64,000 nt of DNA from Seison nebaliae. Its lineage: Eukaryota. Shown here piece after piece: positions 1 through 14,000 of this stretch (position 1 is its first letter; the number at the start of each line of letters is the position of its first letter). Location of the stretch: positions 1 through 64,000 of the forward strand of contig JALJEE010000699.1 in assembly GCA_023231475.1 (NCBI GenBank). The letters are read 5' to 3'. The position numbers were made by a program, and so were the translations under genes. Below the pieces are notes generated by a model. That model ran no database searches and was not told the origin of the DNA. It was given only the letters and a program-made list of their open reading frames with translations.

Positions 1-84
1 AATAATACTTTTTAGTCAAAAATTAGCGAAAAACTTATGTTTTTCTATGGTCAGTTAGAGAGGAATCGATTCCGATTCATGAGA

Positions 85-233
85 GGACTCGAGCCAAAGC
101 ATGAGTCTGGCTAATAGCTTGGCTCGAGCCTTGTATGTATAGGACTCTTATCATGTCTGGATTTTTTTTTCCCATAATGTATGGAGGACTCGAGTCTTAT
201 CACTTTGGACTCACGGATCATAATCACAGCACT
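85..233. mobile_element. Possible terminal/subterminal fragment of a non-autonomous DNA transposon
   Basis: GGACTC motif four times (85, 142, 186, 207), and an inverted repeat CTCGAGCCAAAGC (88-100) / GCTTGGCTCGAG (117-128). No coding signal and no second terminus seen. Confidence 0.25.
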
Positions 234-2050
234 ACTGTGTATGCACTTGAATTCAAGTACTGCACAAAGGAATTTTTTAGCTAAAAAACTGCACAGTGTT
301 AATCGTTAATTTCAGTATTGGTTTAATTTAAACGAATTAATAGTGACTTGGGAATAATTTGTATCTCAAGAGACCTGAAGACTGCTACATATATAAATTT
401 TGAATAATAGGAAAATTCTATATGTACGCTATATACACATTATTAAACGCCATTAACTATAGATTAATCGAACGAAGAGAATGATAACGAAAATTCCAAT
501 AATATTTGACGAGTAAATTGGATAAAATGATGAGCAGAAATATGCTTTAAAAAATCTTCTGAACTATTAAAAATAAATTTTCATTACAAGTTATGATGGT
601 GCTTTCCAAATGGTGCTATGAATAAAAATGTAGCATCGGTATATAAATAACAGAAGTTGTTAGATGAATACAGAGGCAATAATAGAAAAGGTGATGAAAA
701 ATGAAATTGATAATCTCTAAATTCAATAATTCATGTCAGAATTCTCATATTTAATATTCTTTTATTGTAAACACTTACAGACAACGCTACGAAATATGTA
801 TTGTTATGTTCGAATGTTTTTTGAGAATTCTTTCTCATTTTTGTAAAATAGCCTTACTTACACGTTTTCCCCTCTTTTTGTAAGCTTAACATGTCCTGGA
901 AAAATGGAACAGATGATACGTATTGAATGTTGATAATAATTTCATCAGTTATCGTATTTGATAATAACTGAATGTTACCAATTGACATATGGTCAGAAAG
1001 GAGATTATTGAAACTAATCTTCACCGTAACCGAAGAATAGTTGGTAGGTTTGGAAACAATTATAAAGAAAGTAAACTAGGAGCAAGTAATATTTGACAGA
1101 AATACACGTAACTTTTCGAACCAGTTCCAAAAAATTGGTATCCAAAATTAAGAACGCTGATTTCTGGAAAAGATCAGAATAAATCGATTTAATTGAATGG
1201 TTAGGTGGGAAAACAGTTTATAATGTTTTCTTTAATTCTCCCATAAACATTTCTTGAGAGTTACTTAAAGAGTGAATGACCGATCGCCAACAAACCAAAT
1301 ATGTCACTTACAACTCAATATGTCAGTGTGAGTATTAGTGTGGAAGTGAGAGAGCGGAAAGTGATCCCCCCAAAATTACATTATCAGTTTATTCTTGATG
1401 CATAAACAGAATGAGAAACAGATGTGCAACTAACTGTTTTAGATAAATGTACAGTTAAATTGTGATCGAGATAAATGTATTTATCGATGTGTTATTGAGA
1501 GTGAGAATGAAGAGGGTGAACGATAGGGAGAATTACGTCACTGGTTAAGTGGAGGAGAAGAATGAAAAAGAGAAGTTGGAGAAGATATCGCATGAAATGG
1601 AGAAGACAGAATAAGCAGCAGAATATGGAAGTAGATGAAAATATGAGAGTTGAAAAATAGAATGCTGCATAATCAGAAAAAGAAAAAGATGAAGATGTAC
1701 GATGCAGGCGGAAAGATTGGAGAGCTTATGTTAGTAGAATGAATTATAATTACATTTATTCCTCATAATGAATAATTTATATTTTTTTCTTCATTATTTT
1801 ACGCAATGCATTTACAAATGCTTTTAAGAAATATATGATATTCTCTTCTTTATAAATATATTATACCTGATCTTCTCCCATTGTGTGTTGTTGTTCCCAA
1901 CTCCGAAGGTTTTCATTTTAATCTGTGCTTTAATTTTTTCAAGTTATCATATGAGGCAATAATGTGTGAGGAATATGTTGCGTATAAATATATGTTGTTA
2001 CATACACTGAAGTGCATATAGATACGAGAAAGAAGATCAAAATAAATAGA

Positions 2051-2268
2051 TGTATATATATATATATATTTATGTGTCCGTATGTATATGTATATAGAAT
2101 CAATACGTTAAACATTAGTTGAAATTTACATAATAATTACCAATAGTGTGTGGTATCGCACAGATCAAGATAGATAATGGTGTTTATGTATCGATATGTA
2201 TGTGTGTATGTGTTTGTGTGTGTGTGTGTATGTGTATGTATGTATATGTGTTTGTGTATGTGTGTGTG
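2051..2268. repeat. Compound (TA)n / (TG)n / (TATG)n microsatellites
   Basis: Directly visible runs at 2051-2096 and ~2180-2268. They generate the spurious CV-repeat ORFs. Confidence 0.95.
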
Positions 2269-5200
2269 CCGACATTGGCACAATCACTTTATCCAAAACT
2301 TATTGAACTGCACAGATCAACTGAACATATTTGTAGGACGAAGAACGAACTATCAAGGAACTATCATCTACTTGCTTTTCTTCTCGATTATAAATTGGAT
2401 AGTAACAATAGACAATTGTGAAAACTGATCTTCTTGTTTTACCACACGAAAATTTCTCGTAGAATCTTTTTCTTTGAGTCCTTTCTACTCGTCAACAATG
2501 ACCAACAGTTGGTATGTCATTATAATGAGGATAAATGATGTAAATCTTCGTTCATAGTTCATATAATCGATTTTAAATTAAGTTAATTTTCAATTATTTT
2601 CCTTAATGAATTGATTTAATGATAATTGGAATTTCAATATTTTATTACCAGTTAAAATGGTGTTGATGATATAAGGTCTGTCATATAAGATTATTTCCAA
2701 CTCTATCTCCAACCGACAATCGGAAAACATAATTTGTGGATGTTTCATTGGAGCTATAATCGATTATTGATGGATTAAGATTCTGATGGAAGTTTCTGAA
2801 TTGTTATTTTGCATTGATAAAAGGACGAAAACAATCGTATATCGTTTCTAAGATGTTTTCTCAAATCATGATACGGAACGACATTCAACTTATCTATGTG
2901 CATCAATGAATGTGCATTTGCGTGTATGTTGTGTTGTGTGCATGTTGTAAATGAATAAGTAGATATAATATGTGATATGAAATAAGCGCAATGGCTCATT
3001 GAGCGAATGAACAAATGAGGAAAATGAATGTGCCAAAAAGTATACGGTGGAGAATTTCATTTATTATTTATTAATTCATAATTCCATCGTTTATCTTCTC
3101 TATCATCGAAATTTATTATAATAAATTTAATTTTGAATTCTCAAGAGAATTACATCTGTATTCAAGTGCTTCCAATGAATATAGGAGAACCACTCTGCTT
3201 GTCCTTCCACTTCTTCCCACCAGTCAACCCAAGATAAGTTACTTCTTTTCATTCTCTATTGTCCAACAAGAACTTTCTACTCCGATCGATTTCTTTCGTA
3301 TAATTTGTTGAAATCTTGCTCGAAATTTTGTTGTTTTCAATATCACTAAATTCATTACATCAACTTCACTTTGTCGTTATTTAAACTTTTCAGCATTCTT
3401 GTTGTTCTGTTTCCACTTGCATCCCTCAAATCTCTTCCATATTGAATAGACTATAAGAAAATTCTTACATGTGCACAATTAGCGAATTGGTTCATTTCTT
3501 CCGAAAATTCTTAGATATTCTTCCATGCAACGTATCTGTCTCAAGTGCGTGTTTTTTGTGTAGGAGGCAATGGGTGTCTGTATATGTGCGTCGATTTACA
3601 GGAAAGTTTATCTATCCTGAACAATTTTCCCAACTTCTAATACATCAATCAATTTTTATTGTAATTTCAAGTTAATCATAATATAATTAATATTATTGAC
3701 GTCGAATTAGAAATTATGTCAACAATTCTTTTTAATCTATCTACACTCGTCCTTTCTGGTAGACAAGTGATGAAGGAGACTTAACAGATTCATACTTCAA
3801 TAACTTTCTTTATTACAATTTGATCAAAACGAAAATTATCTGTCGATGAATATAATTACATCAATTGAAATATAGATCAAATTCACATTGTCAGCATATT
3901 TATTTTCAATTTTCTTTTCCCATTCCTATAACTTACCATCATGGTAATACCATAGAACTAATAAAAGTTATGAATCATCCGTCAAATCAAAATCATATGC
4001 CATGAGATAAATGGGACTTAACGCCTTTTTTGAATTTCGAATCGGTCGTTCTTCATATTCTTTGATTTTACATCATCAATAAAAGAACAAAGGAAAGGAT
4101 ATGTTGTAAATCGTTTCAAAATGATAAAAAGATATTAAGAAAATTCATTGATGATTGTTATGTATTTAAAGAAAAAGAAGAATGGCATTTAAATTCAGAT
4201 CTATCGACTTTTTCTATCTCGAATGAAATGTTCATAAAAACATTATATATTAATGTTTTTCAATATATAATTAGGTAAGTTAGTTTACATGACTTAACAT
4301 TCTTCACAAATCTTTCTCCCGATTATTCCCTTCCCCATCTGTTCGACCCTTATACATATCTCTATCAAACGATAGAGACGATACTATGTGAATTGAAGTC
4401 GATTGATAAACTTCGAATTTATAAGAAGTTGAATTTTTCATTAAATAATCATTTTCCAATGAACTAATTTGATTCGGATGTAGTTTCAAGGCAGATGTAA
4501 TGAGGGTCATACATTATCAAAATATCGTTTGGTATCTGAAATCCTATTTCTAACAGAAGTCGAAAATGAGAAGAAAAATAACTTTAACTTTATCAATCGA
4601 AAGAGGACTACCATTAAGTTTTTTAAGAGGAAAAAAAATATTTTGACCTTCTTCTTTTCCTTCTTTTTACGACTACCACCAGTACAACTACCGGCATTAT
4701 TCTTATTATTACTATTCCCAACGACTCCATTACTATTACTACAATTGGCATTATTCATTTAGAAATATCTTTATCACATCACTAACAACATCGTTAACTA
4801 TTATATGAGAATTATTGTTATATATCACTTGGCATTCTGCTAATTAAGGCAAATGAATGTATCTTATGTAATGTGGTACCGCCACGCTGTATATGTGGGA
4901 CGAGTTGACGAGTATAGTTTTTAAGGTTTTCTATCAAGACGAGTTTCTTTTTCTTGGGCTTAACAACAACTTTGTATATTCGAGTGAGAATATTCGATGT
5001 TACTGGTCGATGTGTATAGACATTGTGAGATGTTTAAGTATATACAATTTATACATTGAGACCTCATGTGTGAGAACCGGAGACACACTTGTTATGACTG
5101 TGACATAATGACATGATCAATCTATACAATTTATATTAATGTCGGAAAATATTTGGGTGTAATGCAAAGTATTTTTATTGGTGCCGCTTATTTGGACAGA

Positions 5201-8058
5201 GTAATACTTAACGAGAGTTATCTTCCTTGAGAGAAGGAAGTGTAATGAAGGAGAAGGGAATGGAGGTGAAGAAAGAAGTGTAATAAAGAAAAAGAAATGG
5301 AACTTACAAACGTAATGTGATCGTTTCTAATAATTGTTAAGAAAAGAAAAAACAAAAATTGATGAGTAGAATTCATAAAGAATAATCTCAATGTCATATA
5401 TGAAAAGTCTAACGTTGACGGAAGAAGATGGTGGAATGCAAGACATGACGATTATATAAAAAAACTATCGAAGAAGTTGACAATGAGTAGTACGATAAAA
5501 AAAAGAATAGTTCTAATTCATATCATTTCAATGTTCCTTTTGATTTTATTATTAAATTAGTATTTCCATTTTCTGCCTTATCGGTTCCACGATGGGAAAT
5601 GATGATGGAGATGATGCTAATACTGATCATGACGTAATGATGATAATTGTTATCATTTTCACCATTAGTCAATGGAATATTCTCAAAGAGATACAAATAC
5701 TTATATAAGTATTTCTCCTTATTTCCCATCATCATTCTCTGTCGATGTTTAGGTGGGCAACGGAGGGATGAAGAATGTGTGTAGACATACGTTATATAAC
5801 TCCGGATAATTTATGGGTAGAAAAGAGATTTACTAAATGCACATACCATCCAAATTCTGTCCAAATTCGAAATAAGTATATGATGTCTAAGCAAATTCAT
5901 ACAGTGATATGATGGAGATGGCGATCAATATATTTGTTTAGGTAATTTCCTTCTCAATGGGTTGCAGTTGAGCAAAAAAGTATTTTGATAAGAAAGAATG
6001 GATTGCATCAATATTAGCATCAACTGAGAAGAAAGTGAACGGAGTTAATCCTAATTCAAATTATTTAAACTATTGTTCACATGAAAGAATTGAACGTGTT
6101 TGTCATAATGTTCAGAGAATGGATTAAAGAAGGAAAAATTAATATCATTCCCTTTCAATCTGAAACGAATGAGTAATCCTATGTTAACTTATCGATTCTC
6201 CAGATTAATTTCATAAAATATGATTATACCAATATCATCTGATGGTATTTGGACACACGTTTCCATATAACCGAATAGAGTTGTAGTGATGAAATTCAGA
6301 AGTTAATGAGAAGATCATTCAACATATTATCCAATATCTTATGAACGTGAATAACGAAAAGATGCAAATATTTAAATGTCGATATTTCATCCTGTTATCA
6401 CTTCCATTCTTACAGTCATCGATTGCACATCTCTACTCAATAATATTCGACTACAAACACACACTACGACGGAAACATATATTTACAAGTCAGATGTTGT
6501 TGGTGGAATTGAGATTGGGCAATCATATTCGTATTTATATTCGAATGAGAAAGAAAAATTTATCATAATACGATGATGTAATAAGAATGAAGAAGAATTA
6601 ATATATATTCGAAAATTCCTTTCGCTTCGTCTACTGTTTTACTTTTCATAATTCTTCTTCACCTCTCCCAGAAAGAACATTTTGAAACCGTTCAAATGCG
6701 CCTGTCAAACAATTAAGTGAATTATAACAATATTTTGTTGTTTGATATTCCTTCAAGATTGATATTGAGAATGTATCGTCTCGTCCACTCGATCATTTGG
6801 TTGGATAAGTGAAATGAGAAAACGAACTGCCCATCATCATCATCATCATCATCATTATAATAGATATGAATTATTCTTATGTAATATCTCATAATTTCAT
6901 TAATTGCATCGTTTTTATTCTTTTTTTAGTGTTTGTGAGGGCCTTTAAAAAAAGGAAAGGAAGAAGGAGAACGGTGTGTCTAATTGAGGAAAATTATTAT
7001 TGATATTTGTGTTTGATGACGAGTATGAGAATAAAGTGACATAAATATATTTGACTGTTAGGGACACCGTCGTTGATTCAGAATTAATAGTTTCATTTAA
7101 AGAACACCCATAATTATTGTGCGTCATCATTCTTTTAGATGATGATAGTGATTTCCATGCGTGTTTATCAAACATTCAACATCTCTTATATTCACAAAAT
7201 TATCGGGAGTACTTTTTCAAGAATTTTTCTTTTTATATGCTTGAGATGAAACAAGTACATATTCTCGTCGATATGTCAAACATTCTCATTATATGTTACC
7301 CGTCCGGTTCGCAATTATGACATTCTCTTAATGAGTTTTTTTCAAATAGAATTCACTTTTTCTAATAGTCGATATCTCTCACCTCGGCACTCTTCGATTG
7401 ACATTTTTATAATGTCGTCGAATAACAACGGTTTCTTGAACTTCCTTCTTAGCTAATGAACAGTTTCAAGTTATCTTTCAATTAGTCATCTCTTCCCAAT
7501 TAATCCGACTAATGCTCCTTTTCAAATCATTCAATTCTGACGGTTTCAATTTCATAAATTTTCTGTGAGAATAATCTTCAGATGATCAATGACAATTTCT
7601 CATTCACTTTCTCCCCTATTTATGTCATCAAATCATGTTATTGATGTAATAATAATTATTAATTTATTATAATTAATTTATTATAATTAATTTATTAGAT
7701 TATTGATTGAGAGAGTGTCGTCGTCAACGAAGTGATTTCTGTTGGTAAAGTTGAGTTGATCTGTTGGAGAATTGGTGAATGAGGAATTTGAACTCGTAAT
7801 CACATCGATCGATAGAGGAAAGAACTTTAATTTTACTAGAAAGAATTGATCGAAATCAAAACAGTTGGAACGATACGAAGATGGTGGTTGAAGGAGCAGT
7901 GTTGCTCGTGAGTAACACTACAGAATGAATTGTTCGAAGAACGAACTCGATGAAGATGATGAAGGGAGTGAAAGTGTGAATGTAAATAGCAGCATGATCT
8001 GCAACCATTTGCTGTCATTGTTGCATCGCGAAAACTTATCGATCATTGAAAGAAGAAG

Positions 8059-11000
8059 ATGACGGAACATCAATCGATGTGTGAATTTCCGTGTATGACG
8101 CCGAAGAATCCGATCAGACGACTCTGTTTGAAGATTGTCGAATGGAAACCGTTCGAGTACCTCATTCTCCTAACCATTTTCGCTAATTGTACAGCATTAG
8201 CCGTTTATACACCATTCCCGAAAGCTGATTCGAACCCGATCAATGAATTTCTTGAGAAAGTCGAATATGTCTTCCTCATTGTATTTACATTGGAAGCGGT
8301 TATGAAAATCATCGCTTATGGTTTCATTTGTTCACCAACCGCTTATTTGAGGAGTGGATGGAACATGCTCGATTTTACGATTGTCGTTGTCGGAATAATC
8401 AGCACTATCATGACAGCATTGAACACGCATGGATTTGATGTGAAGGCATTGAGAGCTTTCCGTGTTATTCGACCACTAAAATTGGTCAACAGTTTACCAT
8501 CTCTCCAAATCGTTCTCAATTCCATTTTGCGAGCAATGCTCCCACTTCTACACATTGCTCTTCTCGTCCTTTTCGTCATTACAATTTATGCAATTATCGG
8601 TCTCGAACTCTTCTGTGGCAAATTGCATCATGTATGTCAAGATCGGATAACTGGCGAATTATCAGAACAACCATGTACTAATTCGAGTGGGAATCTTTGT
8701 TCGGAAGATGGAGCTCTCTTCTGTCCCAAACCACGAAATTGGGAAGGACCAAATTATGGAATTACCAATTTCGATAATTTCGTTCTAGCAATGTTAACCG
8801 TTTTCCAATGTGTTACGATGGAAGGTTGGACGGATATGTTGTATTGGATGAATGATGGTGTGGCTGGTAAATGGCCTTGTATCTATTTTGTCTCTCTCAT
8901 TATTATCGGTTCATTCTTTGTTATGAATCTCGTTCTTGGTGTTCTCTCTGGAGAGTTTACGAAAGAGAAAGAAAAAGCGAAAAAGAGAGGCGATTTTCAG
9001 AAACAACGTGAAAAGAAAATGATCGATGATGCTGTTGCACATTATTTGGATTGGATTAGATATGCGGAAGATTTGGAGGTGGACAGTGAACAAAATGAAT
9101 TGAAAGGTTTGTTCTCCTCTTTTCTAAACTGTTTCCTCATCACGAACATCAACTGAATTTCATATTCAGATTGCTCGAAACAAAATTCTATTAGGAATAA
9201 TTTCATCCCAAATTTTCATTTTATTCTCACTCACTTTCGTCTTTCTCTTCTTTCTCCACCTTTTCAAACATCATTCCAATGATTTAAATGAGAAATCAAA
9301 TTTGATTTATCAAAGAAAAGAATTAAAATTTCATTCACTTGAATGATTATAAGGCAAATTGAAATTATTGAAAAAATGTGAAGAGACGATTAATTTTATC
9401 TAAATTCTAATTTTATTATGATGAAATTGTATATTAATAAAAAAGTTGAAAAAAAGCGAAGACAAAGAAGGAAATCCTGCGCACCAAAAGTTTATACGTC
9501 ATTAACCAATAATGCTGAATTGATTTCCGGCAATAAAACGAATGATAATAGTATGAATGACGACGATAATTCCACATTAGCTGTCTATGATCATCGGAGG
9601 AAGACCGTTCACACAGTTCCACTGAATAAGCCGAACATGCGAGCACTTCAGAGACAGTTGCAAGAGAAACGAACTTTCTCCGAAACTCTTCGTGATCTCA
9701 TTTATGACATTCGTCTCTACTGCTCCTCACTAACATCATCATCTATATCGTCCTCTTCTTCGCACACATTATCCGCAAGCAATTTAGGTAATAAAATTCG
9801 ACAATTAAACTTCTTTCTCTCCTCTATCTTCATATTATTTGTCTTTTATTATTTTCTTGTTGCCTTTCGATTAGCAGTTTTCATTATTGGTAGCAAGTCA
9901 TCATTGGAAGATTATGTTCCGATTTGAAAACTGATTTCAATTCATCTTCTTTTCTAATTCATAATTAAATTGATTTCTTCTTCCAAAACTTTCAAACATT
10001 CTTTCCATCTTTTTCACTTCTCGACTCTTATTTTTTATTCCGTTTCTGTTTTCGAAAATTCCGTCGAAGAAAATTGAGAAAGAAGATTATCTATACCTGC
10101 TAATTTTTTAGAAGAAACATTTCCAGATTCTAATTGTGCAGGAGCTCCATCATTCGCTTCTTAATTTCACTTAAAAGCAGCTAAACAATTATCTTTCTAA
10201 TACAGTTGTCACAACTTGAATAAAAACGAGTTGGATCGAATTCAACTATTTCAAAATTAATACGTTATCTCTATCGCTTAATAATATCGCATAAAAAACA
10301 GATCTTCTTAAACTCTCTCTGTTTCTCTTTCTCTCTCTCTCTTTCTCGGTTGTGATGTATTTAATGATTCTATCTATTGTTCTTCCCTTTTTAATTGTTT
10401 CTAGAGAAAGCTGAAAGTTTCATCGAAGATAATGAAAATAATCGAGAATTGGAAGCAGAAATAGTCGATACGAAATTCCGTCGATTTCTGTTATTTTCTT
10501 TCATTCTTAATTACGAATAATCATATAATAATGTTCAGACGAAGAATTCGATATTTCAATAGGAAATGTCGACGAACATGTCGACTGGCAGTGAAGAGTC
10601 AGGCGTTCTATTGGATTATCATCATTATGGTTTTTATGAATACGGCCGTTTTGGCTTCCGAACATTATCAGCAACCACATTGGTTAGATAAATTCCAAGG
10701 TTGAAAATTTAATTTATTCTAATTGAAGAATTGAACTTCTATTTGCTCTCCCATTCGAAAAGAAATGGCAAATTTAGTTTTTGTCATTTTGTTTACATTG
10801 GAAATGTTTCTAAAGATGTACTCGGTAGGATTCTCCGGATATTTCATGTCGATGTTCAATCGGTTTGATTCATTCGTCGTACTTTCAAGTATTGTTGAAT
10901 ATGCGTTATTAATGGCGGAAGTGATGGATCCATTGGGCGTCAGTGTTTTGAGATGTGTTCGATTATTACGAGTTTTCAAAGTCACTCGATATTGGACATC

Positions 11001-14000
11001 ATTGAGGAATTTAGTCAATTCATTATTGAATTCAATGCGAACTGTGAGCAGTCTCTTAGTTCTATTATTCTTATTTATGATCATATTTGCCTTACTTGGA
11101 ATGCAAGTATTTGGTGGTCGATTCAATTTCGAAGGGAATATTGAAGAGAAACCTCGAAGTAATTTTGATACATTCTGGAATGCATTGTTGACTGTCTTCC
11201 AAATTTTAACCGGTGAAGATTGGAATGTAGTCATGTATGATGGTATTCGAGCATATGGTGGAGTATCGTCATTTGGTTTAGTTGCGTGTGTCTATTTCAT
11301 TATTCTGTTCATTTGTGGAAATTATATTCTATTGAACGTCTTTCTTGCTATCGCTGTTGACAATTTAGCTGATGCTGATAGTTTGACAGCAGCTGAAGAA
11401 GAGGAAGAAGCTGAACGACAACGATTGGAAGAAGAGAAACAAGAGAAATTACATGATCGACTAATGGTGAAAGTTCGGGCAACCGGTGAAATACGCCCGA
11501 TAACTGACGACGAATTGCGACGATATAAAGAGAAGAGACGTAAAAGAAAACGTCGTCGACAAGAGAAGAAGAGACAACTCCGTTTAAAACGTGAGAGAGA
11601 ACAAGAGATGTTAGATTTGGATCCATCTTCGATTTATAGTAAGAATTCTGGTTCCGAATGGACACTGAGTAAATTCTTTAAAAAATTATTTCGAACAAAA
11701 TCTTCTACAATAAATACTGATAATGAATTACATCAACAACAACAATTACAATTACAACAACGATCAAAGAGTCCACAAACTTCTTCGAACAATTCCATCG
11801 CTGATCAACAACAACAACAACAAAATCATAATTCTTCAATTCAACCACCTTATGGTCTTCTTGCATTACCGACAATTAGTGCGGCACAAGCATCGAAATT
11901 CAGTTCAAGAAGTCCAAGTTTTGTCGGTTCAACAATTGCTGGTTATGGAACACCGACTGGTGGTGAAATAACGGATGAACAACGTGCTATGGTTGCTTCA
12001 AGACGTATCCGATTAGTTGAACCGGATTCTCCATCATCATTTAGTAATCCGAGTGATATCAAATCGGATGATGAGAATAACATTAACAACGACGTTTATA
12101 ACGATGATAATGATGATGATGATGACGATGATGATGACGATGATATTGATTATTCGGATAGTGAAGATGAGTTGGATGAAGAAATCGAAATTTTAGATAA
12201 GAGAAAAAAGAAGACATCACATTTGAATTCGAGGAAACAACGAATAAAACCAATTCCTCATCAATCGTCATTATTTCTCTTTTCTCATAAAAACAAATTC
12301 CGAGTTCTTTGCCACAAAATTTGTAATCATAAATATTTCGGAAATGTCGTCCTCATCTGTATTCTCACATCGTCAGCCATGTTGGCAGCGGAAGATCCGA
12401 TTAATCAGAATTCCGATAGAAATAAGGTTTTGAATAATTTCGATTATTTTTTCACGACAGTTTTCACCATTGAAATCACATTAAAAGTTTCTTTCTTTTT
12501 CTTCTTTATCAATTCCTCAATTATTCATTTCTCAATCATTCTATTAATTAGATCGTTTCTTATGGATTCGTTTTGCATAAGGGATCATTCTGTCAATCAA
12601 CATTCAATCTTCTCGATCTATTAGTAGTAGCAGTTTCATTGATTTCATTTGGAATCCAGTTAAATTATTCTCATTTTCAATTAATATTCTTCATAATTCA
12701 AAATTTTCTAGAGATGAAGCTATATCAGTTGTAAAGATTCTTCGTGTACTTCGTGTACTCCGTCCTCTCCGAGCAATCAATCGTGCCAAAGGCTTAAAAG
12801 TTTCTTTTTTCCGTCAACAATCTCATCATTCATCTACATTTCCATTTAGCACGTCGTCCAATGTGTCATAGTAGCTTTAAAGACCATTGTTAATATAGTA
12901 CTCGTAACATTTCTCTTACTTTTCATGTTCGCTTGCATTGGCGTACAATTATTCAATGTTAGTCAATCTTTTCCATTTCTCCAATTTTCTAATCGTCACT
13001 CTCTCAGGGATGTTTCTTCTATTGTACAGATCCGTCGAAACTATCAGAAGATGTATGTCAGTTAGTATATCTATTTTACCAATATCTAATTCACTTCTAC
13101 TTATTCAAGAGGTGAATTTGTTTCATACGAAGATGCGGATATTGGAAAACCGTTTGTTGAACCACGAGAATGGAAAAATAACGAATTTAATTATGATAAT
13201 ATTGCTCAAGCGATGTTAACTCTGTTTACTGTATCGACATTCGAAGGATGGCCAGAGTTTATATCTCTTCATTCATTTTTCATTAATTCTTTATTCTTTA
13301 GTTTGCTTTATCGTTCCATCGACTCATATGATGAGAACAGTGGACCACATTATAACCATCAACCATTTGTTGCCATCTACTACATCATTTACATTATTGT
13401 CATTGCTTTCTTCATGGTCAACATATTCGTCGGTTTCGTCATTGTCACATTTCAGAATGAAGGAGAACAAGAATATAAGAATTGTGATCTGAATAAAAAT
13501 CAAGTTTCCTCCACCAAATATTTTTTCTTATTCTACTCTCAACTTGCAGAGAATGTGCATTGAATTTGCTTTGAAAGCGAAACCGACGAAACGTTATATT
13601 CCAAAAAATGCTCTCCAATACAAATTGTGGTGGTTTGTCACGTCACCATCATTCGAATACACCATCTTCGCCATGATCATTACCAATACCGTCATTTTGG
13701 CAATGAAAGTTTCCTTCTTCTTCATCCCGTACCTATTCTCTCATGACATTATTCTCATTCTCTTTAGTATGACGGTCAAAGTGAGGAATATTCCACTGCT
13801 CTCAATTACATCAACATGTTCTTCACTCTTGTTTTCACATTGGAATTCATTCTCAAATTAGCCGCCTTTAGATTTAAGGTTCCATTTCTTCTATATTCAA
13901 ATGGAACGTTCTCGTTATCCTTTGTAGCATTATTTCGGTGAAGCGTGGAATGTCTTCGATTTTCTTATCGTACTTGGAAGTTACATCGACATCGTTTACG

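Noticed and set aside
2146..2428. ORFs rich in CVCVCV / VYVFV
   Set aside because: Translation of the TG microsatellite.
4829..4862. TAAGGCA..GAATG resembling miR-124 with a short upstream complement
   Set aside because: The arms are too short for a pre-miRNA and the middle of the mature sequence does not match.
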